Origin: Hormiphora californensis
Taxonomy: Eukaryota > Animalia > Ctenophora
Assembly (NCBI GenBank): GCA_020137815.1
Contig: CM035361.1
Coordinates: 5,952,001 to 6,016,000 of the forward strand
Length of the DNA stretch: 64,000 nt
Reading direction: 5' to 3'
Below are positions 40,043 through 54,162 of this stretch, in pieces. Numbering within the stretch: position 1 is the first letter of the stretch; each line of letters opens with the position of its first letter. The notes below the pieces were generated by a model that was not told the DNA's origin, did not search any database, and saw nothing but the letters and a program-made list of their open reading frames with translations. Made by a program: the position numbers and the translations under genes.

Positions 40043-40485
40043 TCTCTATTATAATTTGGAGATGAACGTCGTCGAAGTGGCCGTTCGTTCAGCGGTATCT
40101 AAGCGACAGACTGCTCCTTCATAAAACACTTTATGTGCCCAAAGCTGTAAAGCTGTTATTCACAGTTTTGGAACTTCCAGTGGAAGTTTGTTAATATATT
40201 CGAATGACTTTTAACATGCCAGTCCCCATAGTTACCACTCCATTTGCCATGGCAACCGTTTTATTGACGTTGAATGGGGCGAAAAGAACCACCCGGCGAA
40301 GCCGGGTGGGTTATCAAAAAGGCCTTACTTGAGGCGCACCCGATGGGTGCGCTAGTCTCTATTATAATTTGGAAATGTCGCGTCGTCGAAGTGGCCGTTC
40401 ATTCAGTGCGTTTCTAAGCGACGGTGCTCCTTCATTAAAACAATTTATGTACCCAAAGCTGTAAAGCTGTATTTTCACAGTTTTG
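40043..40485 (+). mobile_element. Tandem non-autonomous Helitron-like units (40043-40355 complete; second from 40356, truncated)
   Basis: A|TCTCTATTATAA start, GC hairpins CCCGGCGAAGCCGGG and GCGCACCCGATGGGTGCGC, CTAG|T end. Confidence 0.7.
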
Positions 40486-41493
40486 TGAGTTCGTGATTAT
40501 TATTAGGTTAATTGTTCCACAATGATTGGGACTGGGGCCATACACCACGCTATGCAAACCCCTGAATCAAACTGACGGTACTACTGGGTCAATTACTTAA
40601 TTTGAAAGAGAAAAACTGGTATTAGTTTTGTCGCTAACTGTTTGGTTCCGGATTTAGGGCCAATTTTCAATATCTCGAAATCACGGCGTGCCTGGTGAAA
40701 CTTTAACACGACCTAGCATGCTACGGGAAACCACCACTTGTACGTGGTAGCTGAGGATCTACAGAATGGCGCTACGGTGCGGGAAAAATCTGTCCAAAGC
40801 CCAAAAAAAATTTTCTACCTTTCTTTGATTTGGGTCAAAATTGGGTATATTAAACGTGGTCCCGAAAAATCCATATTGACTTAGCACACGATATATGTCA
40901 CCCCCACCTATTTTTGCACGTAGAATCGATTGCTGTTGAAGTCGAATCTCTAAAATGACTGTAAAATGGTCAAAAGATGATTTTTTACCATTTTTTGGAG
41001 GTTTTTGGCCCCTAAACCATTGAAAACGTTGAGATAAGAATTTGAAACTAGTGCCAATCGTTAAAATGGTCATTTTTCTACCAAGAACCAAGTTTTCGTG
41101 TATATCCGATGTATGGTTAGATTTGGGCAAATTGTTGAAATCTGCCAACTAGGAGAACCGTAACTTGATTTTTTCCTTTTTTATATTTTGGCATTTTTGA
41201 CAAACTTCGGATTGAAATGGTCAGTCGGGACCATGCTTAAGTTGTTTATGGGACAATTTTCGATTAAAATCCAAGATTTCATACCAATCCAATAACAGAT
41301 CGATGATTTATAGAAAATTTAAGTAGGCAAAACGGTCAAAATAAGCAAGAAAAGTTGTGTGCTGGTGCTTACAATTGTGGATTTGTTTTTTCTCCAAGCT
41401 GATGAATGTAATGTTGAAAAATTTGTAAAAAATTATATTTGATCGCCTCAAACTAAAAAACGTTTTTTTCTTTGTTTTCGCGGATTCTATTTA

Positions 41494-44400
41494 GGGTAAA
41501 CCGGGGCAAAATGGTTAACTTTTTACTTAATCGGTTCTCACTCACATTTAAAAAAAAGATACAATGAAAAAAATTATATAGGATTAAAGTTCATTATTTT
41601 ATCTTTCAAATAAGATAAATTTCAACTCTAGGGACCATCATTTACTTAACTAAATAACTAATTTAAAAATTTTGGTCGGAAAAAATGGTACCGGGGCAAT
41701 TCGGACAACACCAATAGGAGTGCTTTATTTCGTCACGTGGGAAGTCACGTGAACGTCCTCACAACACCAGAAGAAGATTCCCGCCTGGTGTTGTTAGAGG
41801 TGGGGGCAATTCGAACAATGTAATCTACACGCAATCTACACGCTGGTCGTTCTTGCTCGAATTGCCCCGGTATCACGCGTGATCACGTGGTACAAAGAAT
41901 TGCACATCATTGGCCCGGCTGTTAAACCAAATTGCCCCTGTTCGAATTGCCCCGGTTGTTCTAATTGCCCCGGTAATCTTAATTTACCAGAATTTGGAAT
42001 GAAAACATGCGAATATTAAATAATTTTTATACCATCTGAAAGCTGATATTATTAGCTTTCAGCTGGTTTTTTCAAATCGGAAATTGACCAACTTAAACCG
42101 GATCTAGAGCCTATTTAGTGGTAACGGGCAGGCTCGAACGAGCAGTTTTCTTCTGGAGATAGGATGACGTCATTATGATAGCTTAACCCTTTGACGGCGA
42201 GAAGGATTGGCTCGATAGAATTGTCTAATTTTTCGTTTATAAGTAAGATGTTATCAACACAAAACGCCTCCGAAAAGGAAATTTGTAATTCCCGACATGT
42301 AGTTTTGCTGGGCCCACTGTAGCATATATGATACTATCGCCCGTAGGGATTCTATCACAAATCTAAATTGTACAAGTTTGTGGGTGTTATGGCATAAATT
42401 CATGCTTTCATGAGGTTTTGTAGCTACAGTTTACATTCGTGAACGGTTTTTACCAGGAAAAGAAACCCAAATTAGAGATTGTAATCATATTATGCTTACT
42501 ATTCCTAAGGGTGGTAAAATCTCTACTAAAACATACATAATTCGGGAGAAAAGGAGCCTAAGAGACAAATGGGGGCACTAAAATGTGTAGATCATCGCCA
42601 TAGTGGGGGGGGCTAGGTTAGAGACATATTAGGTCGCTATCTGGATCCTAATTGAGATAATTTGATAAATTAGCTAATTATCTGTCCCGCGCATGCTAAT
42701 TATTCATGACAACTTTGCTCTGGGAAGGAGTTATGAGACCAAATGGGGGCACAAAATGTTAGAATCATACATAGTGGGGGTAGAGCACTATTTAGGTCGC
42801 TATCTGGATCCATAATGTGAGATAATGGAATAATTAGCTAATTAGTGCCCTGGAGCGCTAATAAATGAGCCTTGTGGAGTATCCAAACAAGTAGGGGCAT
42901 AAAATGTGTAAAAATCATCGCCTTAGTGGAGGGTAGAGCACATAGTGAGTTTCCTATTCCAAATCTAAATGAGATAATTGGATATAGCTAATTGACGGTT
43001 GCAACCGTCCACTTTCACCAAACCCGTGGTTTCTAGGTAATCCTGAGCTCTTTGTTCAATCTAAGGATCTTATGACATCCACCTAAATCCCTAACCCCCT
43101 ATAACCGTGTGTCCAAACAATAAATATGGGAAACTGTAGTACATTGAGGGTTGAACGTTGTTTGAGCAGCAATAGGATATAACAAATTCTATAGGATTAT
43201 AGTTGGATCTTGGATGTCATGAGAGGTCTAGGATGGAGCAAGAGGGTTCTAAAGATGAGGCAGTGTCTAGGGTTGTATCGAGTGCTTATACTATTGTGGT
43301 TGTTTAAAACGAGTCAATAGGTGATACAAATGGGGGTTAGGGGTTGTCAGAAGATCCTTAGATTGGAGCAAAAGAGATCAGGATTACCTAGGAAACCAAG
43401 GGAGTTGGTTGAAAAGTGGACGGTGTGGCAACCGTCAATTAGCTAATTATCCAATTATCTCAATTAGGAGTGGGAAATAGAAACTCAGCTATGTGCTCTA
43501 CCCCGCTAAGGCGATGATTTTACACCATTTTAGTTGCCCCATACTTGTTTTGTATACTCCTCCTAGTCTCATTTATAGCGCTCCAGGCAACTAATTAGCT
43601 AATATCCAATTATCTCAATTATGGATTCAGATAGCGACCTAAATATGTGCTCTACCCCACTAATTTGACGATTTACACATATTTTAGTGCCCCCATTTGT
43701 CTCATAACTCCTTCCCAGAGCAAAGTTTCATGAATAATTAGCATGCGCGGGACAGTACATTAGCTAATTATCAAATTATCTCAATTAGGGATCCAGATAG
43801 CGACCTAAATATGTGCCTCTACCCCCACTAATGCGTATGATTCTACACATTTTAGTGCCCCCATTTGTCTCTTAGCTCCTTTCTAGCCCGAATTTATGTT
43901 GTTTTAGGAGAATTTACCCTTAGGACGATAGTATCAAATATGATAACAAATCTCTAATTTGGGGTTCTTTCCTGGTAAAAACCGTTCACGATTGAGAACT
44001 TGTAGTACATACCACATGAAAGCATAAATTTATGCCCTAGCACCCACCAAAACTTGTACAATTTAGATTTGTTACTAGAATTCCCTTACGGGCGATAGTA
44101 TCATATATGATACGGACGCCTTAAATGTTATAACTAATTCAATTTCAATATTTTTTGATGGGCTTTTGCATTCGGTCGGTTATGACGAGCACTTTTTTCC
44201 TTCAAAGGATTAGTTGTGCCCCAAAAAAACAAAATAAAAAAAAATGAGAAAGTGTTTTTAAAAAAAGGCCACGAAAATTAGCCTCCTTAGAAGGGCTATA
44301 AAATTTTTTTCTTGATTTTTGAGCTGGATCTGGACGTGGGTTTATGTTCATAATCCCTAAAACTAGCTGTGACAAAATATGGGCCACCTAGATAAAACAT

Positions 44401-44530
44401 AAGGACTTCCAGGCCGCCTAGAATAGACTGTAGCATATATGCTCTGTCGCCGTCAAAGGGTTAACTAGGTGAGAGACGGGCAGTACATTGTTCGAATTGC
44501 CCCGGTTGTTCGAATTGCCCCGGTTTACCC
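41494..44530. mobile_element. TA-flanked GGGTAAACCGGGGCAA TIR element (nested)
   Basis: TA|GGGTAAACCGGGGCAA ... TTGCCCCGGTTTACCC|TA. Confidence 0.75.
42187..44460. mobile_element. piggyBac-like element with ~800-bp internal inverted arms (nested)
   Basis: TTAA|CCCTTTGACGGCGA ... TCGCCGTCAAAGGG|TTAA; arms ~42320-43105 / ~43330-44110. Confidence 0.8.
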
Positions 44531-45822
44531 TACCCAATTTTGGCCCAAATCAAAGGCTTTGGACAGATTTTTCCCGCACCGTAGCGCCATTCTGTAGACC
44601 CTCAGCTACCACGTACAAGTGGTGGTTTCCCGTAGCATGCTATGTCGTGTTAAAGTTTCACCAGGCACGCCGTGAAATACCCGCCGCTGCCCGACCAATT
44701 ATCGACCAATTAAGGTACAGTCGGACCCCGATTTAGTGGCACCCCGATTTAGGGACATGATTTTTCCCCCGATATAGGAAATTAACCTTATTTGACCCCG
44801 ATTTAGTGGACACCCCGATTTAGTGGACAAGAGCCTTTCCCCCGAGGGTGTCCCTAAATCGGGGTCCGACTGACCTTATTATGACCGACATTTGATTTTA
44901 CGGTCTGAGGCGTTGAGGGGTTGACTGGACCTACTTGAGTATTCGTGTGAATTCGTTGGAAAAATTCGGTTTTAGTTGTTCAATATCGGCAAAAGTTCCC
45001 AAAAAATGACCAAAAAATGACTAAAAAGTGGCCGATTTTGGGCGGCCACTTTTTAAAACCCAAAAAAAGGTTATAAAAATGACCATTTAAAGATTTTAAA
45101 TGAATGGATTCACAAAGAAATCGTTTTAATTATACTTTTAGATATCAAGATTCTGTTTGGAACCTCTATGTGCTGGCAAGGGCCACAGTTTCTTGAAAAT
45201 TCGGATTTTAAGGTTCAACAGGAAATGACTCTTGCGCCGAGCAAATTCAAAACTTCATGAAAAAAGAATCCGCTTTATGTTTAAGACCAGACAATTTCCG
45301 AAAACCTAGTAGTGTTTTTTTTTTATTGATTAATGAATTTTATGGGACCTCAGAGCTTCTTGAAAAAATTAACTTTTTTCATTTGCAGCGGCGAACGAAA
45401 AAAGTGAAATTTGTTGTAAAAGTACACTTCCTGGTTCCTATAAAAACGCAACAGGATCTTAACGAAGCTTCTTATAAGAGAACAATATCCCAAAAACACG
45501 ATGCTGTCGGCAGAATTTCCCTAAGTTGTCTAGTTTTTTAGCTACACCTACAGTCCCGATCATTGTGGAACAACCTAATATGATAGAACTTTTAGTCAAT
45601 CAAAATCAATCAAAATCATCAATCAAAATTACCACGGTGGGTAGTGGCACTGAGCCGCAATTAAATATATAATATCAAGAAAGCTGAACCACACGGACCA
45701 AACTGGGTGAGGGTTCTGAGCTGAAAATATTTAAATATCTTCCCGAAACCGGGGGTACAACCCAAAAAAAATACAACCATACCCTGGATTTTCAAAATTG
45801 TTGATCTTTTTTATTTGGAACG

Positions 45823-46077
45823 AGATAGATAGTATCTTCACTCGCTGCATTCTCACGTTTCTCTCTTTCTACACACAACACGCCCACTGTACAACAGTTG
45901 AAGGGGAAACATACAGCAGGCAGATCTCAGGGTGGAAGGGTCATTTGTTAATTATGAGATCTGATCAGGATTAAATAGGGAGGAAACTAGAAAAATATCT
46001 GGCGAGGGCTGGCCGGGCTCGAACCGACAACCTCTGCATTACATGTACATGCTCTAACACTATTGAGCTACCTCGCC
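45823..46077 (-). mobile_element. tRNA-derived SINE with (TATC)n tail
   Basis: Head GGCGAGG-TAGCTCAATAG...GAGC...GGTTCGAGCCC...CCTCGCCA (acceptor stem, A and B boxes), unique body, tandem tail. Confidence 0.7.
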
Positions 46078-46150
46078 TACAATTATCTACAATTCCTCTC
46101 TATATCACTGATCATGCCCTTAGATATGCAGCTGATAATCATATAGGAAC

Positions 46151-46408
46151 AAGATAGATAGTTATCTTCACTCGCCTGCATTCTCACGTTTCTCTCTTTT
46201 CTCACACACACGCCTACTGTACAACAGTGAAGGGGAAACAACACGGGCAGATCTCAGGGTGGAAGGGTCATTTGTTAATTACTAATTAGCTCAATAGGTT
46301 AGAGCAATGTTACCATGTTAATGCCAGAGGTTGTCGTTTCGAGCGGCCCTCGCCAGATATTTTTCTAGTTTCCTCCCGATTTCAATCCTGATCAGATCTC
46401 ATTATAAT
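46151..46408. mobile_element. Second SINE copy with its 5' half inverted
   Basis: 46151-46281 is the 3' half (minus); 46286-46408 is the tRNA-like head/5' half (plus). Confidence 0.6.
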
Positions 46409-49400
46409 TTTTTATTTTTTTGATCTTTTTTAATTTTTTATCGTTTTTTATTTTATTTGATCGTTTGATCGTTTTATTTTTTTGAACTTTTTTGTTCAAC
46501 ATTAAACATTTAAAAAAATTAAAAACGATCAAAAAAATTCAAAAAAATAAAAAACGATCGAAAAAATTAAAAAAATATCGAAAACGATCCAAAAAAATCA
46601 AAAACGATCAAAAAAAATTTTTTCAAAATCAAACCGCAATTCAAACAAAAAAAAGCAAAGAAAACCAACCAATCATGGGTTTCGGGAAAAAAGTTGATTT
46701 TTTTTGGGGTTGCACCCCCCCCCCCATAACTACAGTCGGACCCCGATTTAGTGGCATCATCGGGGGGAAAAAATCATGCCACTAAATTGGGAGTGCCACT
46801 AAATCGGGTTCAAATAATGTATATTGTCCTATATGCGGGAAAAAAAAGGAAAAAATCCTGCCACTAAATCGGGGTCACCCCCATAACTACACAGCTTGTA
46901 TGTCAAGTGTGCAACACAAAAAACTAAGCTCTTGTGGTGGACGAGGAGACTTTATGAAACGAGAGAGAGAGAGCAGTGGAATGACTTGTGGAAACGCAAA
47001 CACGCAAACCCGAGAGGTGACCAAGGGGTGCCTAATGCAGGAACAGTTTTTGTGTTGGGTAACAGGCCCGCAAGCTCGCCAACACAGGTAGACTGTTTCG
47101 TATGCAGAGGGGAGAGTAGGAGGCAGGCATACCTGGAGGGAGGAGTATATGGGCCGCTCCCTTCTCCCCACAGCTAAACTTCTAATACACGGAAAGTGAC
47201 TGCTATTTCACCAGATTTTCTAGGAGAGCCACTAAGGGAAAGCGGAAGCAGAAAGAAAGGAGAAAGGTGAGAGAGGGAGAAAAAGCGAAAGACAAAACAA
47301 GGCAGGGAAGAAGCGGCGCGACCGAAGGGGGCCAAGGGAGAAAAGAGGGGCGCCCGCACGAGGGGACAGGCGCCACAGCGAAGCGACCACAGCGCGGAAG
47401 TCGCAGCCAGCGGCCCGCGCCCGCGCCGTCCGACCCCTGCAAGGACGCGCAAAGAACAGGGGGAAGGGGACGTTAATGTCACAGAGAGGATGAATAGAGG
47501 GGTAACCAGGGTGTGAAGAATGCTAGAAAGCGAAGAAACAAATAGTTAAGTCCACTGAAGGACGCTAGCAGAACGCCCTCTACTCTCTAGCTCTATCGCT
47601 CAGCTATATCATCTATCTCTATCTCGCTCTCTCGGCATCGATCTCTCTCTATATATTATATATAATAATATATATATATATATATATATAGATAGTACAT
47701 ATATACAGTCGGAACCCCGATTAGTTAGGCCACCCGATTTGGTGGAAGGAGGATTCAGGCATTTTCCCCAAAAATTGTTTTGAATTTATTTTTTTATTGG
47801 AAGTTTTGTGTGGTGAGCAAAATTTCTCAAAGGGGAATAAAAGAAGACCAGCACGTCCGAATTCGTGTTTCGAATCAGTGGATGAATTGTTAATCGATGT
47901 CATAATGCTGCCTAATCAGACGGTAGGGCGGGGGTGGTTTTATTTGGGAACTCGAAGGTTTTCTATGTATGGAAAGAATACCCAATCCAAACTTGTAAGA
48001 TATCGATTCTGTGGGTTCCAATGCACCCGGTCTCAAGCTTCTAAATTCAAAGTAGAAGTCGATAAATCAGATTAGTTCAAGGAAAGTATCACGACAAACC
48101 ACATGTGATTAGGGTCATCGTGTTCACGAGACCATCCCCAACAGGCCGTACAGGAAGAAGACCCCCGCACACCAATGTATACAGGGGGGCGTCGCTTGCC
48201 GAAGTTTACAACACTACCACTGTCAACCAAAACGCCCAACCCTACTGCTGCTGCTGCAGCAGCTCAGAGAGAGTGTACCAGGTATGTAATCTTGGCAAGG
48301 GATTTTATTGTAAATTATGAAGACACGTGTCGCAACGAAAAACAAGATAAAATAAATTAACTTCAGCATTTCTGAATTTTAAAATGCAATAAACTCTCAT
48401 GATTAGCTAAATTTAGCTAAATCAACCTATTTTAACCATGTAATGTAACCAAATCTCATAATCATAGATATATAACCGACTCTCCTGTTAAAAATGTAAC
48501 AAACATTTATAATTGAAAATGTATTTAACTCCTAAATAAAACAAAACAAACTCCCATCATCTACTTGGTAAAAAGTCTTCGTAATAGCGCTTTTTAGTCA
48601 CTCTACTCGGCGTGTCTTTTTGCGATTTTAATGTGCTCAATAAACAGTCTAAGTACTGTGCCTCCTCTGTTTTACTCTGTGAGTTGTTGCGACTGCTCGC
48701 TCAACACACTGTGAGTGACAGGGAATGTCTGTGTTAAACCTACTCTCAACATATTGTGAAAAAGGTCTGTTGAGAAGAGGCGGCAATGTAATCCTGTTAA
48801 ACATAATTGACACTGAAGTCAAATCAGGTAGTTAATAGGGACTTGCTCAGCCTTTTTGCACCACTCCCAGGACGGTTATAGAATGAATCTGAGGGTGGTA
48901 TCAGAAGATAGGTTGAACTCTTGCGAGTAGCTGGAATGGAAAATACCCGGCCATCATAATAGATGATGTATAATTCATCAACATACTCCAAAGCTTCTGA
49001 ATCGCATGGCGGTAGTGCAGAAGAAGAAAATTCGGAAGCCAGAAATATAGATGTGACTTCAGTGTCAATTTGACCCACTTCCTGTTAGAGTCAACAGGAG
49101 GGTGAGTCATCCAAAAGTGGACACTGAAGTGTTTGACAAACAAAACTGTCGGGTATTTTCAGTTACTATTAGACATTTGTAGTCTTGCGACAAAGGATGC
49201 CAAAATCGGGGTCCAGTGGTGGATCGCGTGCAAATCCCTTCAAAGAAAAGAAACGACCCTTTTTGGGGCGGAGCAGGACACCTGTCACATGTGTGGAGTT
49301 CAATCTGGTAGCGCACGCCTGGTGTCTAGTCACCATAGATTCAACCGTACCGCAGATTGTCCCAGGACCGAGTAGGAGCTTGCAGCAAGGGTCTTTAAAG

Positions 49401-51055
49401 AAATTGATTTCATGTTTAGCGTCAATGTGACAAAATATTCCTCAAATGCCTGTCAGGCCAATGCTCTGACCACAGTTCTCGCGCGCACCGCTTGAGAGAA
49501 ATGAGAATAGGGTCAGGCCAATGCTCTGACAGTCAAATGCTGATACTTGCGGGTATTTTCCGTAAAACTGTGCACTTTGTGCATATCGTGAACTTCACGG
49601 TGAAGTTTGTTGTTTGTTATTCATTGTCGTGCCTTTGTTTGCGTAATGTGCGTCTATAGTGCGATGCCCACAAATGCAAAATTGCCCCCGGAATTTAGAG
49701 TTTGTTTATTTGGTTACTATAAATTTCCTCTTCGTACCCCTATTTGCACATGTCCAACCTGCTGCAAGGGGACGATCAGGGGGTCTAAAAGTTAGAATAG
49801 AGGAAGGATTTGAACTTTTGTGAGTGCAAGTTTTCGAGGAATCTAGAAGCAGGAAAGAAGGAAAGGTGCAGCTGGTACCAATCTTTCCCCCAAGGAAGCT
49901 ACAGATTATCTAAAGGGGCGATAGTTTTCTGTACGCTGTATAGCTATTGTAATAGAAAAAGCGGTTGATATAAACATTCAGCAAAGAGTGAGCTTAAAAT
50001 TTCCTGTTTTAGCGTTTTTAAGATCCGTTTTATACGATATGAAGCGTACAATTAGTAAGCAACACATGACCGAATCAGGAAATACTGGTCCCTGATTGGC
50101 TGATAACCAGTCACGTGACCTAAATAACGAGTTCTGATTGGTTGTTTACTTGTTTCGGTCGGTTCCTGCAACACATGTGACCGCGTGCTATTGTCCCGCC
50201 ATATTTGCTATACTCTGTATCGGTGTATCTTTATATTTTCAAATTTCACATCTAGGTTACAAGGAAATGTGTTCCAAAACAACCCAGGAATGAACTGTGA
50301 CGCATTAATTTTTTGTTTCTCCATTTTTATTGAGAGCTGTGAGCACCTTGTTTTTTATACCATATTGAGCTAGATGACTCAGTCATTATATGATTATGTT
50401 GTCCTAAGTAAGATTGAAAGACAGTGTTTGGTGTTTCGTTTGGTGACATTGACACCTAGTGCGTGCGAGATCGAGCTCACACATAGCTTTTCAGTTGCCC
50501 TTCTGAGGTGCATGCAGTGAGGCACTCACGCCCCCCGGTTTGGCCTTGGGACATCGAAGAGGACCAAATCAAGCAGGAGCATATGTATAAACCTGTCAGG
50601 CATCGTGCTAACCCTTTCTAACGTGCAAGACCGCTGAGCGGTCAGGCATTGTGCTGACAGGCAAAAAACAAAGATATCCCTGTATGGCGGCGCCATAACC
50701 CAATTTGATCCTCAAGTGCTCAGATGGGGTCGCGGCGCCAGCCAGAGATATCAGCTGTGTGTGTCTGATAGAGTCCCATGTGTGTTATTTGCTAATTTGT
50801 CCCAATATATTGTACGTGTCATAGTTCTGATTTCCTGAGCTTTTACCCAAAAATAAGTTTGTCGTTCATTTGTTAAATCAGGAACCGACCGAAACAAGTA
50901 AACAACCAATCAGAACTCGTTATTTAGGTCACGTGACTGGTTATTAGCCAATCAGGGACCAGTATTTCCTGATTCGGTCGGTTCATTTGTTAAATACAAC
51001 CATGTATATATTATTAATGGTATATATTATAATTTACCCAACCTTCTAATTTCAG

Positions 51056-52854
51056 CCCAATGTGAAACAGATAAAGGCGAGTTTTACCACAGAACATCAA
51101 AGGAATGTGATATTTGTCCCTGCAAGATGGCTAGAGACTCACAGTACGATGCATGTCCATATTGTGGTAAGTTGTCGCTTCAGCTATCATAAACCTACTG
51201 GTTATACTTACTAGCAAACCCGTTTGCCCTACGGGCGAATTTCGGTGAAATGGTAGCTGGAACACTGAAATATGATCCCTCGCCTTTTCTCTCTCTCTCC
51301 TTCTCTTCCTTCTATGTGTGTGATTTGACCCCTCAAGTTCTCAAGCACTTGTGATACGTGATACCTACGAATCACGTTGTCACATTGACGGATCACGTCG
51401 TCACAGTGACGATAGGGTGTCACATTTCCGTCAAATTACCAATATATATACTAGTAGGCCCGTTCGCCCTTCGGGCGAATTTCGGGGGAATGGTAGCTTG
51501 ATTATAGGGAACGCTGACATCACCTGCACCATCCGTTCCTAGCCTATCTCTCACTTTCTCCCTACCCATGTTGTACGCTCTGGGCTTCCTGACAATGTCA
51601 AGGTGTTAATTTAAGAGATCAATGTCAGGAAGGTGCAGTGCTGTTCCAGAAACTCATCACGTGAAAATTCGGAGATTTCTATATTCGACTGGAGTAATCA
51701 CCCTTGGGCGACGTTGGGTAAAGCTATCAGTAGTCGTTGATTGGCTCGCTTGAACACGTTGGCGTAATCTGTCATATTCTCTAGCCTGCTCCCTGACAGC
51801 AGCAGTTCTCCTGGACCTATAGATTAACGTTGCCTAATAGCGCTTGGAGTGGAAGAGCTAGACATATTCAGGACAGAAGTAAAAGAATGCACGTGCAGAA
51901 TTGAATTCCCCTTGGTACCCAACTACAACCGGGAGAGATCTCTCTCCCAGGTCCATCTAATAATTGCACGTGCAAGTGTAGTTGCTAGGTGACATGTGTC
52001 ACACAATTTGCTTAGTAAGTAGTATGATGATGTAGTTAGATGGGGAAAACAGTCGTACCTCAATCTCAGGTTCAGGTCACGGGTAATTACCCAGCTGAGA
52101 CCTCAGGTCTCAGGGGTATGTGACGGCTATTCCCTGAGATTTCAGGAACATTTCAGCTGGAATAGCCAAGAAAAGCCCCGAGACCTAAAATGAGAGATCT
52201 CAGGGGTAAATAACCGTGACCTGAACCTGAGATTTGGGCATAACTATTTCCCCTAAATTGCAATTGTTTGATTGTAGTATTTGAGTTAATACTTTTTCAA
52301 AGTTAGCGTAATATTATTCATTAAAATATTTATTAAACTATGTACTTATTATTTCGTTAATATTCATTAAATTATTCATGAAGATTGCATAGAACAAAGA
52401 GAGGCTTTTAGGTCGTTAGTATTAATAACTAAGATATCAGTTCTAGGTGTTGTTAACATTCTTTTTGTGTTATAGCTGTGTAACTGTTACGCAGCTGTGT
52501 AACATTGTATGTTATTTATAATAGCTGTCTTCTGTAATGCTAAAATGTGTATGTTATACACAGTTATATTATATATCAATTGTGAAATTCCTCTCTCGCC
52601 CCTACTCTCGAGAGAGCTCTTTCACCCTCCCTCTTTTTGTTCATCAGCTGTAAGCACTGCAGTAATTTTAACAATAATAAAAATGGTAATAAAGCTAAAA
52701 TACTGCTGGAAAGAGTAAAGCTATTATTTAAAGCTGAATATTTAAAGCTGAAATCTCATTGAATTGGTATTTATACTGCAGCTGTACAATAACAGTGGAG
52801 GATAAACATTGTGTTAACTCTGTTTCCTATTTTTCAGATATCGAGTCCGATTAA
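51056..52854 (+). pseudogene. Last two coding exons (51056-51166, 52838-52854) of a third gene A/B-family copy; upstream exons not found
   Basis: AQCETDKGEFYHRTSKECDICPCKMARDSQYDACPYC / DIESD*; differs from gene B by an in-frame 3-nt indel. Confidence 0.7.
51211..52027 (-). mobile_element. Two adjacent Helitron-like non-autonomous elements (51211-51450, 51451-52027)
   Basis: Minus-strand hairpins CGCCCG(T/A)AGGGC followed by CTAG|T; TC start at 52027; absent from the paralogous intron at ~27545. Confidence 0.7.
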
Positions 52855-54162
52855 CCCTTTTTGGAAGAAACGCCCCCTGTCCACAAAATCTGATGAAAGA
52901 ATGTCACCTGGTGCAATAAATGGTAAGTTACCAGTTGTTGAGTAAGGCGGTGAGACTGATCAGACCGGGACACCAGAATATTATAGGCCTCGGGTTGCTA
53001 ACTTTTTTAAATGCCAAACCCCTAAACTATTAACACAAGCCCGTAGAATGATTGTTTGCATAGCAAATCTTGAGTATTTAATTAGAAATAGTCCATCTCT
53101 AAAACTACAGTCTACTATCATTGATATTTTCAGGCAGCAGCTTTCCCAGGGACGTGCATCACCAGGCTAGAAGGATACGAATTTGGAATGAGAGGAAACG
53201 AGAATATCTGGAAAAATGGAAAAGTAAAGTTTTCCTTCCGGCTGGACAAGATAAATAGAATGGTATTTTGTCGTATCATAATTAGTTTCAATGTACAACA
53301 TCTTCATCAGGCTTCTGGCTTAAATTTTGATGAAAAAACCTTTTTCAACTCTTTACCACTTCTTTATACAAATTAATTTGAGCCTGATGAGGATGTTGTA
53401 CATTGAAATTAATTGCTCGTTATGCTACAATAAAATACCCGTCCATTCATCTTGTCCAGCCGGAAGGAGGACCCCCCCAATGGGCCCCCATCGACTTCTA
53501 TTATATGGCTGATAAACAATGAACATTGAACATGTCTCAGAGTATGATATCCAATGAAACGAACAATTTTACTAAAAGTTTTAGTACTGCTCTGAGAAAT
53601 TATACTCACGTCAACACTCGTATGATTTGGGATTTGAGGTACGATCGTCGATCAGCGTTGTATAACTTTTCAGTGCAGTTGTTGTTTTTAGACGTTTGTG
53701 TGTTTATTAGTTTCAGTGACTTTGCATTGTAGGGTGACATGTTATTTGAGATCTGATAGACGATAGTATTATGTACAATTATGAAGTGTGTAGCTGGAAT
53801 GTAGCAGCAGCAGAGGTTTTATCAAGTTTGATCTATAAATGTTTTAATATGATTGTAGAGGTACAATATTCATTTCCCAAAAACCAAATACAACGCTGTT
53901 TAGAAAATTGTTCAACAACTTAAAAATTTACAAAACTTACAAAATATAAACTAACATTATATGGACACAACAACAACAACAACAAAATGGATTTATATAC
54001 CGACTAAATAGACAAGTACTCTCGATTGTTTCGAAGGGCAGTTGCCATTCATAGCGGTTCTCTCATCCTATCTTGACATATTGGTTGACAAATGGTCGTA
54101 AATGGTAACTCATACTGGTGACACATTTACACAAACTATAATAGGACATATATACATATTAG

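Larger units (their letters stand above)
40501..45580. mobile_element. Outer TIR element hosting a multi-level transposon nest
   Basis: TATTAGGTT(AATT)GTTCCACAATGATTGGGACTG vs CAGTCCCGATCATTGTGGAACAACCTAATA; inner ~170-bp IR 40680-40848 / 44531-44676. Confidence 0.6.

Noticed and set aside
46000-46077. Functional tRNA-Thr(TGT) gene
   Set aside because: Anticodon arm defective (no U33, mismatched stem), extra bases in the T-arm/acceptor junction, and fused to a repeated body with a tandem tail; treated as a SINE head
46880-47700. GC-rich island with several short ORFs (possible horizontal transfer)
   Set aside because: No recognisable protein motifs; adjoins a (TA)n tract and is bracketed by MITE starts, consistent with basecalling noise
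48100-49950. Possible exons or transposase remnants, including 5' exons for the 51056 gene copy
   Set aside because: Short ORFs without recognisable motifs or consistent splice phases; cannot be supported
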